Shown: piece by piece, positions 1 to 9,457 of the stretch
Numbering within the stretch: the stretch's first letter is position 1
Layout of the letters: the number at the start of each line of letters is the position of its first letter
IMG/VR virus record: IMGVR_UViG_3300010163_000003
Coordinates: 32,001 to 96,000 of that record
Source: a virus
Taxonomy: Duplodnaviria; Caudoviricetes
DNA length: 64,000 nucleotides
Reading direction: 5' to 3' (one strand)
Notes under the pieces: generated by a model
What the model saw: only the letters and a program-made list of their open reading frames with translations
Databases searched by the model: none
What the model was told of the DNA's origin: nothing
Position numbers and translations under genes: made by a program

Positions 1-88
1 CATGAGGAAATTTGGTCATCAGCGGAAATTGAATATATGACCAAATTTCCAAAATTAAAATTTCGCAAAAATATTAGGAATTGGAATT

Positions 89-1294
89 ATGGAACTAACC
101 CATATTTTTTCTGAGATATTGTGGTGGATAATAGTTGCGATATTTATATTATATTATCCAATAAAAATTTTTATTGAGCATAAAGAAGAAAAGAAATTTA
201 TTGCTCATATGGAAAATTTAAGAGAACAAATTCAAGATCAATATGGTTGGGATATAAGATATTATTCATGTACAAGATTCTCATCAAAGGAAGAATTCAT
301 TAATAAATACGAAATACAGATAGTCGCATTTCGTGAACCAGTTTTTCCTAAAGGACTCTACTTTAAGAATTTTATATATATGGATAAAAACGTTCTATTG
401 AAATATCCGAATCAATTACTGTTAGACTTAGGTGATCTTAAATATGAGTTACAAAACAAAAAAAATAAATCGCCCTCTAACGAGGGCGTATCGAGATCTA
501 AAAATACACAAGAAAGGGGTAAGCATAAGCCTATGGTTGAGATTCCATATATAGATATAAAAGCAACTACTAGTGAAATCAATAGAGTATTAACAGATGT
601 AGTTGATAGATGGCCTGCCAAGATGGAATATTCTATAGAGCCTGTAACTTTAAGAAAAAATAGAAATTCTGGTAGGCGTATAAAATTTAAAAATGAACAC
701 GATGACTTAAAATTTGATGTCGTTACAAAATATGATCCCAATACAGATACCATAATTTTTTGTAACTTAAAGATTGCTAGCATGAAAAAGAAGTTCTATC
801 TTGCAGATATGGGTGTTCAATATCAGCCTGGAGCTTCTGAAGATACTACACTTCTTGCTGTAACTTGTCTGATAAAGCTTGCGGAAGAATTCAATGGTAC
901 TATTGCATGTCTTGCATCGGATGATGTCATGACTATCATTAAGAACGGTAAAAAAGTTGAAGCAGAAGGCATCGGTTTAATAGATACCAATGGTGAAGTA
1001 TATGTACCATCTAATTTCGATAAGCCTATAAGTGTCAAAGATGAAGATGATGAATCATCTTTCCAAATAAATAAACCTATAAACGTATGGCTTGATGAAA
1101 ATCCAAAAGTAAAAGAAAAAATGATGACATATAATACTATGCCAGAAAGAATGGATTTCGTAGGTAAAGTATTAATTCAATTAAAACTACGAGATACAAT
1201 TGATACAGATGAATTTATGGATATATTCAGACAAGCTGGTGTTATAGGTTTTTCTGATTCGTCTGTATCAAATATATATAAGTTATTAATTTAG
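89..1294 (+). CDS. Hypothetical protein with N-terminal transmembrane anchor
   Basis: 401-aa ORF; hydrophobic ILWWIIVAIFILYYPI near N-terminus; no recognised motif. Confidence 0.7.
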   Translation: MELTHIFSEILWWIIVAIFILYYPIKIFIEHKEEKKFIAHMENLREQIQDQYGWDIRYYSCTRFSSKEEFINKYEIQIVAFREPVFPKGLYFKNFIYMDKNVLLKYPNQLLLDLGDLKYELQNKKNKSPSNEGVSRSKNTQERGKHKPMVEIPYIDIKATTSEINRVLTDVVDRWPAKMEYSIEPVTLRKNRNSGRRIKFKNEHDDLKFDVVTKYDPNTDTIIFCNLKIASMKKKFYLADMGVQYQPGASEDTTLLAVTCLIKLAEEFNGTIACLASDDVMTIIKNGKKVEAEGIGLIDTNGEVYVPSNFDKPISVKDEDDESSFQINKPINVWLDENPKVKEKMMTYNTMPERMDFVGKVLIQLKLRDTIDTDEFMDIFRQAGVIGFSDSSVSNIYKLLI

Positions 1295-1313
1295 GAAGGA
1301 GATAAATATAGCA

Positions 1314-2714
1314 ATGAACGACTTCAATTTTGACGAATTATTTAGTGGCCTTAATCTTGATTCGTCTAACACTAACACTACTACCACAACGATAACACAG
1401 ACGCAACCGCAAATCGTTGCAAAGCCTAAAACAGAGGAGGCGAAAATGAATGACACAAATAAATCGTCATTGTTGCAATCTGCACAGGATAAAATGCAGC
1501 GTATTGCGGCGGAGCTTAATGATAGCTATGTAGAACGTGATGTTCTTATTAATCTTATGCAGATAGCTATTGCAACAGGCACTAATTTGCTTATGCTTGG
1601 CCCTCCGGGAACTGCAAAGAGTCAGATTACTCATGACCTGTGCTCTCGTATTGATCAGGCTAATTACTTTCAGTGGATGCTGAATAAGACCACTGACCCG
1701 TCTGAGATTCTCGGATCTTTTTCCGTTAAAGAGCTGGAGAATGATAAGTTTCTTCGTATCACTACAGGTAAGCTTCCTGAAGCACATATTGGATTTCTTG
1801 ATGAAGTATACAAGAGTAACGCTCCTACTTTGAATGCTCTGTTGACTATCATGAATGAACATATCTTCTACAATGATGGCAAAGCTGTTGATATACCTCT
1901 TATCTCTTTAATTGGTGCATCAAATGAACCGCCAGAGGATGAGACTTTGCTTGCTCTGCATGATAGGTTTATCTTCAGAATTAATCTGGAGTATGTTCAT
2001 GACGTAGCAAACAAGAAGCGTATGCATTCTAACTATCTTGACAAGAGGGCTGGTTTGCTTGGACTTGCAGGGCGTAGTTCTATTACTCTTAATGAAATTA
2101 AAGCGTTGCAGGAAGCGACTAATACCGTCAAGGTATCTAAAGATATCATCAACAAATTCATTCGCCTTATCAGTACCCTGGAACGTCAGGCAATTCATGT
2201 ATCTGATAGGCGGCAGAATGAGTGTCTTAAAGTCATGCAGGGTAGCGCCGTTCTTGCGGGACGTAACTCTGTAACGCTTGATGACTTCAAGCCATTGATA
2301 TATGTCTTGTGGGAACAAGAAAGTCACATCCCGATTATCGAAACCGAAATTACAAAGATCATTAATCCGTATGACGACAAGTTCAAAGACATTCGGATAA
2401 ACTTCGAGAGTATTAAGACTAACATTGATACTACTAACGATCCGAATGAAAAGACCAAGAAAGCAATAGAGTCTAAAATGGCGATTGAAAAGCTTGTTTC
2501 TAAAACCAATAAACTTATCAATGATGCCGCTAAGAACAATCGTGACGTAACAGAGTTTACCAACTTCCGTAATAGTATGGTACAATTTATGCAAGAATTG
2601 CTTAACAGTACTCTTGGTACTACTTTTTCTCCATCCAATAAAACTAATGGCACAGTAACCGCTGATAACTCCACTTCTATTATAGGAGAAGATGAAGATA
2701 TCATACCATTCTAA
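1314..2714 (+). CDS. MoxR/RavA-family AAA+ ATPase
   Basis: Walker A GPPGTAKS, Walker B GFLDEVYKS, sensor GASNE, ALHDRF arginine-finger region; RBS ggaagga; adjacent vWA gene. Confidence 0.9.
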   Translation: MNDFNFDELFSGLNLDSSNTNTTTTTITQTQPQIVAKPKTEEAKMNDTNKSSLLQSAQDKMQRIAAELNDSYVERDVLINLMQIAIATGTNLLMLGPPGTAKSQITHDLCSRIDQANYFQWMLNKTTDPSEILGSFSVKELENDKFLRITTGKLPEAHIGFLDEVYKSNAPTLNALLTIMNEHIFYNDGKAVDIPLISLIGASNEPPEDETLLALHDRFIFRINLEYVHDVANKKRMHSNYLDKRAGLLGLAGRSSITLNEIKALQEATNTVKVSKDIINKFIRLISTLERQAIHVSDRRQNECLKVMQGSAVLAGRNSVTLDDFKPLIYVLWEQESHIPIIETEITKIINPYDDKFKDIRINFESIKTNIDTTNDPNEKTKKAIESKMAIEKLVSKTNKLINDAAKNNRDVTEFTNFRNSMVQFMQELLNSTLGTTFSPSNKTNGTVTADNSTSIIGEDEDIIPF

Positions 2715-2729
2715 AAGGGAGGTATACGT

Positions 2730-4466
2730 ATGGCTGTAGATGACTTGTTCGCAAATATAAATTTGTGGGAAGATGTGTCTGAAGAAGAAAAAGCACAAGA
2801 GTTAGAACGACTTCGTGTTCGAGACAGTAATGCAACTATAAAAGAAAACCTTAATGGTAAGTCCACACAAGAAGTGCTTGGGCTTACCAATCTTAAAAAG
2901 GCTATCGTGTATAAATTCAATGCCATTAAGTGTGATATTACTGACGTTGAAGATTATGAAGATATTCTTGCAGAATCTCCAGTAATGCAAAACACCGTAG
3001 CTAGGGGAGAATCATTGCTTCCTACATTTAGGTATCTTCATCAGGATTTCTATCTTAGTCTCGTTAAATACTCGCCAGAGCTAAATCCTGGTGTAGAAAT
3101 GCATGCCTCTACAAGAATGAATCGTGGCATATTCTCTAAGATTATTAATACTCCAGAATTTATTAAACTTAGAAAGATATGCAGGCTTGATAGATTCAGT
3201 GCAGCTTTAGGGGCAGAGATCCTTGGACAAGAAGCTATTGAAATTATAGAAGATTTAATAGCTAAAACTAAAGACGCAGAAGAACAGCGTAAAGCATTGC
3301 AAAAACTTATGGAAAAAGAACAAGAGATTGATGACATTCTTGAAGAACAAGAATCTCTTGACGATATCCTTAAGCAAATGCAACAATCTGGCGGATCACC
3401 TGAAGATCTCCAAGAAGTGTCTGATATGATGAATGAGAATGGACACACGCTTGAAGAAGCTAAAGCTATTGCTAATGCATTGGCTCAACAGTGCGATGAT
3501 CTTATTCAAGAAGATGGCGATGATATAGTTAATGCTGCCAATGCATTAGGCCGAGCAATGACTCAAGCTACCACAGAAATACAAGAAGTGTCTCAATATT
3601 GTGCAACATGGGGACTCGGTGAAGGCGGAGATGGTAAAGTAGCATTCCAAAATAAACGAGAGGCTATCGAAAAGATACGTCGTTCCACTAAACTTAAGAA
3701 AATGACTGATGCTATTGGTCGTTTTAAAGAATCTGCAATCACTGAACAGAAAAAGAAAGCCAAAGATGGAGCTGTTGAAATACACTCCACTGAATTGGGG
3801 GATAAAATACAAGACACTCTCCCATCAGAACGTATGGGGTTGGTACGCCAAGAAACAAAGCTTGACTTCTATCGAAAATTACAAGAGAAACAGCTTCTTG
3901 TGTACAGCAAGAGAGCACACAAGCAAAAGAACAAAGGACCAATCATTGTATGCGTTGATACATCTGGGTCTATGAGTGGTGACTCAGAGATATGGAGTAA
4001 AGCAATGACTATTGGAGTTCTTGAAATTGCTGAAATGCAGAAAAGAGACTTTGCTTGTATAATATATAGCTCTTATGCAGATGAACCTATTATTATACGC
4101 AAAGGAGAAACTGCTCCTGAAAAGATTATTCAGTGCGCAGAAAAGTTTCATAATGGTGGAACAAATTTTCAGGAGCCATTAGAGAAAGCAATAGAATTAA
4201 TTAACACGTCTACCTTTAAAAATGCTGATATATTATTTATATCCGATGGCGACTGTAGTATATCAGATCCTTTCTTGCGTAGATATAAGAAAATTAAGGA
4301 AGAAAAAGAGTTTAATACTCAGGGCGTGCTAATCAATCTTGGGCGAGGTCATTCATACGATGGAACCATGAAAGAGTTCTGTGATAAAATCACTCTTGTT
4401 AGTGATGTAGCAGATTTAAAGGATAGTGACTCTGATATAAACAAATCCATTTTTGGTTCTCTTTAA
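2730..4466 (+). CDS. vWA (MIDAS) domain protein, ViaA-like partner of the MoxR ATPase
   Basis: KGPIIVCVDTSGSMSG (DxSxS), GGTNF, ADILFISDG; follows the MoxR gene. Confidence 0.88.
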   Translation: MAVDDLFANINLWEDVSEEEKAQELERLRVRDSNATIKENLNGKSTQEVLGLTNLKKAIVYKFNAIKCDITDVEDYEDILAESPVMQNTVARGESLLPTFRYLHQDFYLSLVKYSPELNPGVEMHASTRMNRGIFSKIINTPEFIKLRKICRLDRFSAALGAEILGQEAIEIIEDLIAKTKDAEEQRKALQKLMEKEQEIDDILEEQESLDDILKQMQQSGGSPEDLQEVSDMMNENGHTLEEAKAIANALAQQCDDLIQEDGDDIVNAANALGRAMTQATTEIQEVSQYCATWGLGEGGDGKVAFQNKREAIEKIRRSTKLKKMTDAIGRFKESAITEQKKKAKDGAVEIHSTELGDKIQDTLPSERMGLVRQETKLDFYRKLQEKQLLVYSKRAHKQKNKGPIIVCVDTSGSMSGDSEIWSKAMTIGVLEIAEMQKRDFACIIYSSYADEPIIIRKGETAPEKIIQCAEKFHNGGTNFQEPLEKAIELINTSTFKNADILFISDGDCSISDPFLRRYKKIKEEKEFNTQGVLINLGRGHSYDGTMKEFCDKITLVSDVADLKDSDSDINKSIFGSL

Positions 4467-4475
4467 GGAGGAAAT

Positions 4476-5090
4476 ATGACTAATTCAGAAATGACTACAA
4501 TAGAAGATTCAATGGAAGCTTCTATGACTGTTTGTTTTAAGTTGCAAGAGTGTCTGAACAATCCAGACACTCCTCTGCATGTAAAGCAAGTATACTTCAT
4601 GGATCATGAAGCTGAGATAAGAAAGGCAACTAGTACTATTAGTGATACTATTAATAGGATAGCTCAGTTGCCCGCTGAAGAAAAGATGGATATAACAGTT
4701 GCCTTTTCTGATATGTTAGATGAGGCAAAAGCTATGTTAGAAAATACTAGAATGAGTATCTACGATTTTAAACAGTCATTAACTGTTAACAAAGATGTTT
4801 CAGAAGAAGACTTAAAGGTATCTATTACAAAAGAAACTTTAAAAGATATTAATGAGCTTCAAGAAGTACCTACAGGATTTGCTTCATGTAATTATATACT
4901 TACTTGTGGCAACATAATTAGGGCTTTTTATGCTGATGAAAATAATAAACATGACATTAATGCATGTTTAGCTGAGCATATTGAGGCAATATCACAGAAT
5001 CCAAAGTACGATCCTAAAAGTGAAGTAAGATTGTTTAAGATATCTTCTAAAGAAATTCCTTTAAAGGAACGGATAATATATACTGTGTGA
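4476..5090 (+). CDS. Hypothetical protein
   Basis: 204-aa ORF, strong RBS aaggagg, tight operon packing. Confidence 0.75.
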   Translation: MTNSEMTTIEDSMEASMTVCFKLQECLNNPDTPLHVKQVYFMDHEAEIRKATSTISDTINRIAQLPAEEKMDITVAFSDMLDEAKAMLENTRMSIYDFKQSLTVNKDVSEEDLKVSITKETLKDINELQEVPTGFASCNYILTCGNIIRAFYADENNKHDINACLAEHIEAISQNPKYDPKSEVRLFKISSKEIPLKERIIYTV

Positions 5091-5097
5091 GGTAGTT

Positions 5098-5379
5098 ATG
5101 GAGATACCCAAATTTAAATTTAATCCACACAGTTTATTGGATAAAGAGCACCAAGCCTATGAACATTATAAAATGGTATGGATGCTTAACCATGGATATA
5201 CTTTGCACAATATTCTTCTTGCTCTTGATTATTGTATGAGCGAATACAGCGAAGACTTTGATGAAGCTATAGAAAACTTTGAAAATAATATAGGATTCCA
5301 TGGTGAAATATGGCCTTATTTTTATGAGTTCATGCAATGTGAATATCATGAATGCGGATACGATAAGGAGGAATCATGA
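5098..5379 (+). CDS. Hypothetical protein
   Basis: 93-aa ORF, RBS gaggt, ATGA overlap with next gene. Confidence 0.65.
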   Translation: MEIPKFKFNPHSLLDKEHQAYEHYKMVWMLNHGYTLHNILLALDYCMSEYSEDFDEAIENFENNIGFHGEIWPYFYEFMQCEYHECGYDKEES

Positions 5380-6350
5380 GTAAAGCAATATATAAAACAC
5401 ATAAAGATTTTCCCCAGAACTTGCTTCTGGGGAATCTTATGTTTATGACACTTGGCGATATGAAAATACCTGTATCTGAGCTTAAAGATATATTTAATGT
5501 TAATAACATTCCTGAACATTATGTTAGGGATATATCTGCGGCTGATGCATACCGCCGCGCTTCGTCTGACCTTAAGAATCGCAAGGTGTTTTGGAAAGAC
5601 GACATGGGAAACGCAGAAGTTTGTCGTGTCGAGGTGGACGAGGTACGTAGCGATATAATAGGTATTAAACGCATTGTAGGTATAAAGCAAATAGATGAAG
5701 GAGCTGAGGAAGTCGGCTATCTTCCTATTGCTGAACTTACATTTAATAGGAACGGAAGCAGTATAGGTGCAGTTCCGCTTATAGATTGTAGCGATGCAAA
5801 TTATTCTGAAGTTAATGATCTGTGCAGACTTTTTGAATCCAATTATAATGATTGGTCTGTGTATCATAATAAAGCTACAGTACGAAATATTATTAATCGT
5901 ATAGTAGCTGACACTCACCCTATCAATCTCACATCTACAGGATTATGTAAGTTTACACCTCAGTCTTCTACCAATCTCCTATACAATTTAAAACATGCTC
6001 TTGAAGCTATGAATACTTTTCTTACTCCTGGTCAAAATGGAATAGAGAATGCTATGGAAATTATACCTGTTATTGACACAGATGAACAGAGAGATACCAT
6101 AGAAAAGAGCTTTAGAAATGAATCCCTTAGTGAGATGAACGCTATGGTGATAGAACTTAAACAAGTTCTTCAATCTAAACAGACATTGTCATCTCGTACT
6201 GCCGCTTCTTATGTTGAAAGATTTAAAGATCTTAAGGCAAAAGCTGCGGACTATGAAAATCTTCTCGGAATCTACGTAGATGCATTGCATACTCAACTTG
6301 CTGAAGCAATACAACTCGTTGATGATAACACTACAAAGAAAGGAGCATAA
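5376..6350 (+). CDS. Conserved phage/ICE protein, DUF6744/DUF3150-like
   Basis: 324 aa; LG..F..ADAYRRA N-terminus and C-terminal helical bundle recalled from proteins that accompany MoxR-vWA pairs; family call from memory. Confidence 0.5.
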   Translation: MSKAIYKTHKDFPQNLLLGNLMFMTLGDMKIPVSELKDIFNVNNIPEHYVRDISAADAYRRASSDLKNRKVFWKDDMGNAEVCRVEVDEVRSDIIGIKRIVGIKQIDEGAEEVGYLPIAELTFNRNGSSIGAVPLIDCSDANYSEVNDLCRLFESNYNDWSVYHNKATVRNIINRIVADTHPINLTSTGLCKFTPQSSTNLLYNLKHALEAMNTFLTPGQNGIENAMEIIPVIDTDEQRDTIEKSFRNESLSEMNAMVIELKQVLQSKQTLSSRTAASYVERFKDLKAKAADYENLLGIYVDALHTQLAEAIQLVDDNTTKKGA

Positions 6351-6352
6351 CT

Positions 6353-7216
6353 ATGGATAATGTATCTAGGTTATGTCCTCATTGTGGCTCTGCTCAATTT
6401 ATGGCATTGAAACAATACGCATGTATTGTACAGGTGGATGGTCTTGGTCTTAACGATGTTCCAATTATAAATATCGTTAAAGAAGGCCCAAAGGGTCAGT
6501 ATGAGGTTAAAATATTTAAATGTCTTAAGTGTAAACATGACATTGATGTCAATGACTTGATTACTGGTGTCAAGTGTAAGCATTGCGGTAAGACTTGTTC
6601 TCCAGATGAAATTGACGAGAATGGCATCTGTGATACATGCAATATGATTATTAACAATCCTGCACTCGCAAATGCTTCTGCTGCGGATCTTCTTAAGCTT
6701 CTTGCGAAAGCATATCGTAAGAATAGTTCTGTGTCACAAAAGATTGAAAAGAAAGTAGAACATGCTACTCAGATAGAACAAAAGCTTAATGAAGAAAACA
6801 CAGCAGCAGACGACATTTTAAATGGAGTGACACCACAAGATGCAATACCACAGAAGAGGACTAGAAAGAAAGCTACGAGGAAAAATCCAGCGCCACAGGA
6901 GAATCAAGAAACAACGCAGGAAAGTAACGAAGCTGATGGGCATGTCGTATATGTACCTGATATACCCGCCGAAAGCGTCGTTCAAGAGAACAATGACAGT
7001 CAAGTACAACCTCCGACGCAGCCTGAGAATATACCAATAAATACTGAAGAAGCTCAAGCTGCTATAGCATCTGAACAAGATGCTCCGTTCCCTGATATTC
7101 CAACTCCGAGTATTCCAGACATGCCAACAGATGCTCAACAGTTTACTAATGCAGAGCCACCAGCACCTAGCGGATTCAATATGTTTGATGCTAGTGACGA
7201 TGATGAACCCTTCTAA
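6353..7216 (+). CDS. Zinc-ribbon protein with disordered acidic tail ending DDDEPF
   Basis: CPHC, CLKC, CKHC, CDTC pairs; P/Q/E-rich C-terminal half. Confidence 0.75.
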   Translation: MDNVSRLCPHCGSAQFMALKQYACIVQVDGLGLNDVPIINIVKEGPKGQYEVKIFKCLKCKHDIDVNDLITGVKCKHCGKTCSPDEIDENGICDTCNMIINNPALANASAADLLKLLAKAYRKNSSVSQKIEKKVEHATQIEQKLNEENTAADDILNGVTPQDAIPQKRTRKKATRKNPAPQENQETTQESNEADGHVVYVPDIPAESVVQENNDSQVQPPTQPENIPINTEEAQAAIASEQDAPFPDIPTPSIPDMPTDAQQFTNAEPPAPSGFNMFDASDDDEPF

Positions 7217-7223
7217 GACAATA

Positions 7224-7252
7224 TACACCACGGACAAATTGTCCGTGGTGTA
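7224..7252. repeat. Intergenic inverted repeat (14-bp arms, 1-nt centre)
   Basis: tacaccacggacaa-a-ttgtccgtggtgta; no clear U-tract. Confidence 0.85.
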
Positions 7253-7271
7253 ATCCTTTATGGAGGAAACA

Positions 7272-8006
7272 ATGGATAATTATTTACCTTTTGAAGTTAC
7301 TCAAACCAGTAATGGTACAGAAATTAAACTTTATCCTGAACGTGTAACTGAAAGTTTATACGATAAACTATCAAAAGAAGATGCAAACTTAGGAGCAGAG
7401 TCAGTAAAGAATAGTATGCAATTCCATACTATTTATACTCATTTGTATAATCAGTGTTGCAACACTAACTGCTCCATTAAAGATGGTGATGAGTTTAGAG
7501 CGGTCCCTAATGGTAATGCACATGCTTCTGTGATGTTCATTAATAAAATGCCTACAACATATGAAACACGAAGCTATTATAGTGGCTGCGATAGAGCGGC
7601 TATATTCTTTTCTTTAATCTTACAAAAGTTAAATGTAAATAGAGATGATGTATACTTTACAGATTTAGTAAAATGTAGTCAGCCATTTCATGATGATTGT
7701 GTTAAGACATGCTTTGATACCTATCTCTCTAAGGAGATATATTATGTACAACCAAAAGTTATTATATTCAATGGCCTGTCCATGTTGAAAAGTTGTGCAG
7801 TATTGGGTATAATCAACGGCTTGCCTGATGACGCTAAGTATGGTATGATATATAATGTTACAATTGGAGCGTATCCAGCCCAAGTTATAGCAATCTATGA
7901 ATTAAATAGAGTCCTCAATAAGACTGGCGAAGATTATGAAAAATGTAAAACACAGTTATGGACTCAGATTTTAACAGCATTTAAAGCAAGTACAGGAGGT
8001 CAGTAA
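7272..8006 (+). CDS. Uracil-DNA glycosylase family-4-like fold protein, degenerate active site
   Basis: GNAHASVMFI, RDDVYFTDLVKC, YLSKEIYYVQPKVIIFNG match the UDG4 scaffold; GEAPG and HP motifs replaced; start moved to the ATG after ggagg. Confidence 0.65.
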   Translation: MDNYLPFEVTQTSNGTEIKLYPERVTESLYDKLSKEDANLGAESVKNSMQFHTIYTHLYNQCCNTNCSIKDGDEFRAVPNGNAHASVMFINKMPTTYETRSYYSGCDRAAIFFSLILQKLNVNRDDVYFTDLVKCSQPFHDDCVKTCFDTYLSKEIYYVQPKVIIFNGLSMLKSCAVLGIINGLPDDAKYGMIYNVTIGAYPAQVIAIYELNRVLNKTGEDYEKCKTQLWTQILTAFKASTGGQ

Positions 8007-8007
8007 A

Positions 8008-8316
8008 ATGAATGTATCAAAAATCCGTATCAATGGCGCTCGTGTTCTCGTAAAAGAATTTAAGTATGAAGACAAGATGTCTTCTGGCATCATTGTATCA
8101 GGTCGTAGCAAGCAGCAAACTAATCAGGGTACAGTGGTTGCAGTAGGTGACGGAGCTATCCTTGAGAATGGTACTCGCGTTCCCATGCGCGTTAAAGAAG
8201 GGGATAGGGTAATCTATTCTGCATTCAGTGGTTCTCCCATCAAGGAAAAAGCAGATGACCCGGAAGAGTATCTCATCCTTAATGAGCGTGATATTCTCTG
8301 CATCATAGAGGATTAA
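8008..8316 (+). CDS. groES: Co-chaperonin GroES (Cpn10)
   Basis: RVLVK, SGII mobile loop, GTVVAVGDG, VKEGDRV, YLILNERDIL. Confidence 0.93.
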   Translation: MNVSKIRINGARVLVKEFKYEDKMSSGIIVSGRSKQQTNQGTVVAVGDGAILENGTRVPMRVKEGDRVIYSAFSGSPIKEKADDPEEYLILNERDILCIIED

Positions 8317-8320
8317 TACT

Positions 8321-8665
8321 ATGGTAGACTTCATTGAAATGTGGAAACCAATTCATATAATAAGGTCCATCCATGATAACAAAACGCATAAGATGTCTCA
8401 AAAAAGATATGAATATCATTCTTTTTGCAAGGTTATAGACGATTATCGTGACATGTATAAAGCTGATAAAGTTCTCTTCGATTTTGCGAAACACGATATA
8501 GCGCTTCATCGTTTATTCTTTGATGAACAGAAGAACACATATGCATATTCATTTACCATTGGCGATGTTCAGTTATGTGTTGAGATAGAAAAAGAAAGCC
8601 TTATGGATATGGTAAGAGAAATATATGGTGGAGTGTTAGACAACGATGATGCTAAAAATAACTAG
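8321..8665 (+). CDS. Hypothetical protein
   Basis: 114-aa ORF in operon packing. Confidence 0.6.
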   Translation: MVDFIEMWKPIHIIRSIHDNKTHKMSQKRYEYHSFCKVIDDYRDMYKADKVLFDFAKHDIALHRLFFDEQKNTYAYSFTIGDVQLCVEIEKESLMDMVREIYGGVLDNDDAKNN

Positions 8666-9443
8666 CCGTTGCTCTATGGGATGTACCCATTGTATGAACG
8701 ATGCTCAATGTCCTGGCGAAGATATGGATCTCGAACTTATGGATTATGCTATGGATTTTGTTCAATTATATGGAGGCCCATTTCTTATCGTCAGCGGTGG
8801 AGAACCTACACAGCATAAAGATTTTATGGGTGCAATGAGAGTATTGAAAAACAGATATGCTTCTGCCCCGTCATTCTCTCCTATATATATTACAGTAACT
8901 ACTAATGGTTTGTGGTTACAAGAACATTATGATGAGTTTTTAATTCTTAAAAACGAATTTAAACATGGACCATTGGAAGAACATGAAACATTATTATGGC
9001 AAGTTACAAATGACCCAAGATATTATCCTGTGTCCTTGGATATGACTAATCCTGTTTTTGAAGAAGATTCTGTTATGGTTTTTAATGAAGTTCCTCAGAT
9101 TTATCCTCAAGGCAGAGCTGTTAAAAATAACTTACCATGGAAAGCTAAAGCATCAAAGTGTTTTAACATAAGATCTATTACTCATCAAATGGTAGATCGG
9201 TATAGACGTGCCGACCTTAGAGATATATTATTAACATTGGTATCTCATAATAAATTCTGTACTCCTCATATCGATATTAATGGCAATATTAAGTTAGGAG
9301 AAAGTGATTTGTGTCCAGTGTGTAGTAATATATTCAAAAGCTCAGACAAAATTGTTGATGATATATATTTTTTCCGTTGTAATAAATGCAAACATATTAA
9401 CGACAAATTATCTGACGAATATAAATCTCTTATTGGAGAATAA
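8646..9443 (+). CDS. Radical SAM protein with Cys-rich C-terminus
   Basis: CSMGCTHC (CxxxCxxC), SGGEPT, VTTNG; C-terminal Cys cluster. Confidence 0.85.
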   Translation: MMLKITSRCSMGCTHCMNDAQCPGEDMDLELMDYAMDFVQLYGGPFLIVSGGEPTQHKDFMGAMRVLKNRYASAPSFSPIYITVTTNGLWLQEHYDEFLILKNEFKHGPLEEHETLLWQVTNDPRYYPVSLDMTNPVFEEDSVMVFNEVPQIYPQGRAVKNNLPWKAKASKCFNIRSITHQMVDRYRRADLRDILLTLVSHNKFCTPHIDINGNIKLGESDLCPVCSNIFKSSDKIVDDIYFFRCNKCKHINDKLSDEYKSLIGE

Positions 9444-9457
9444 AAAGGAGGTTCCGT

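Noticed and set aside
1920-2798. Long antisense ORFs such as 1920-2798 and 5346-5918
   Set aside because: Shadow frames of well-supported genes, with no RBS or motifs
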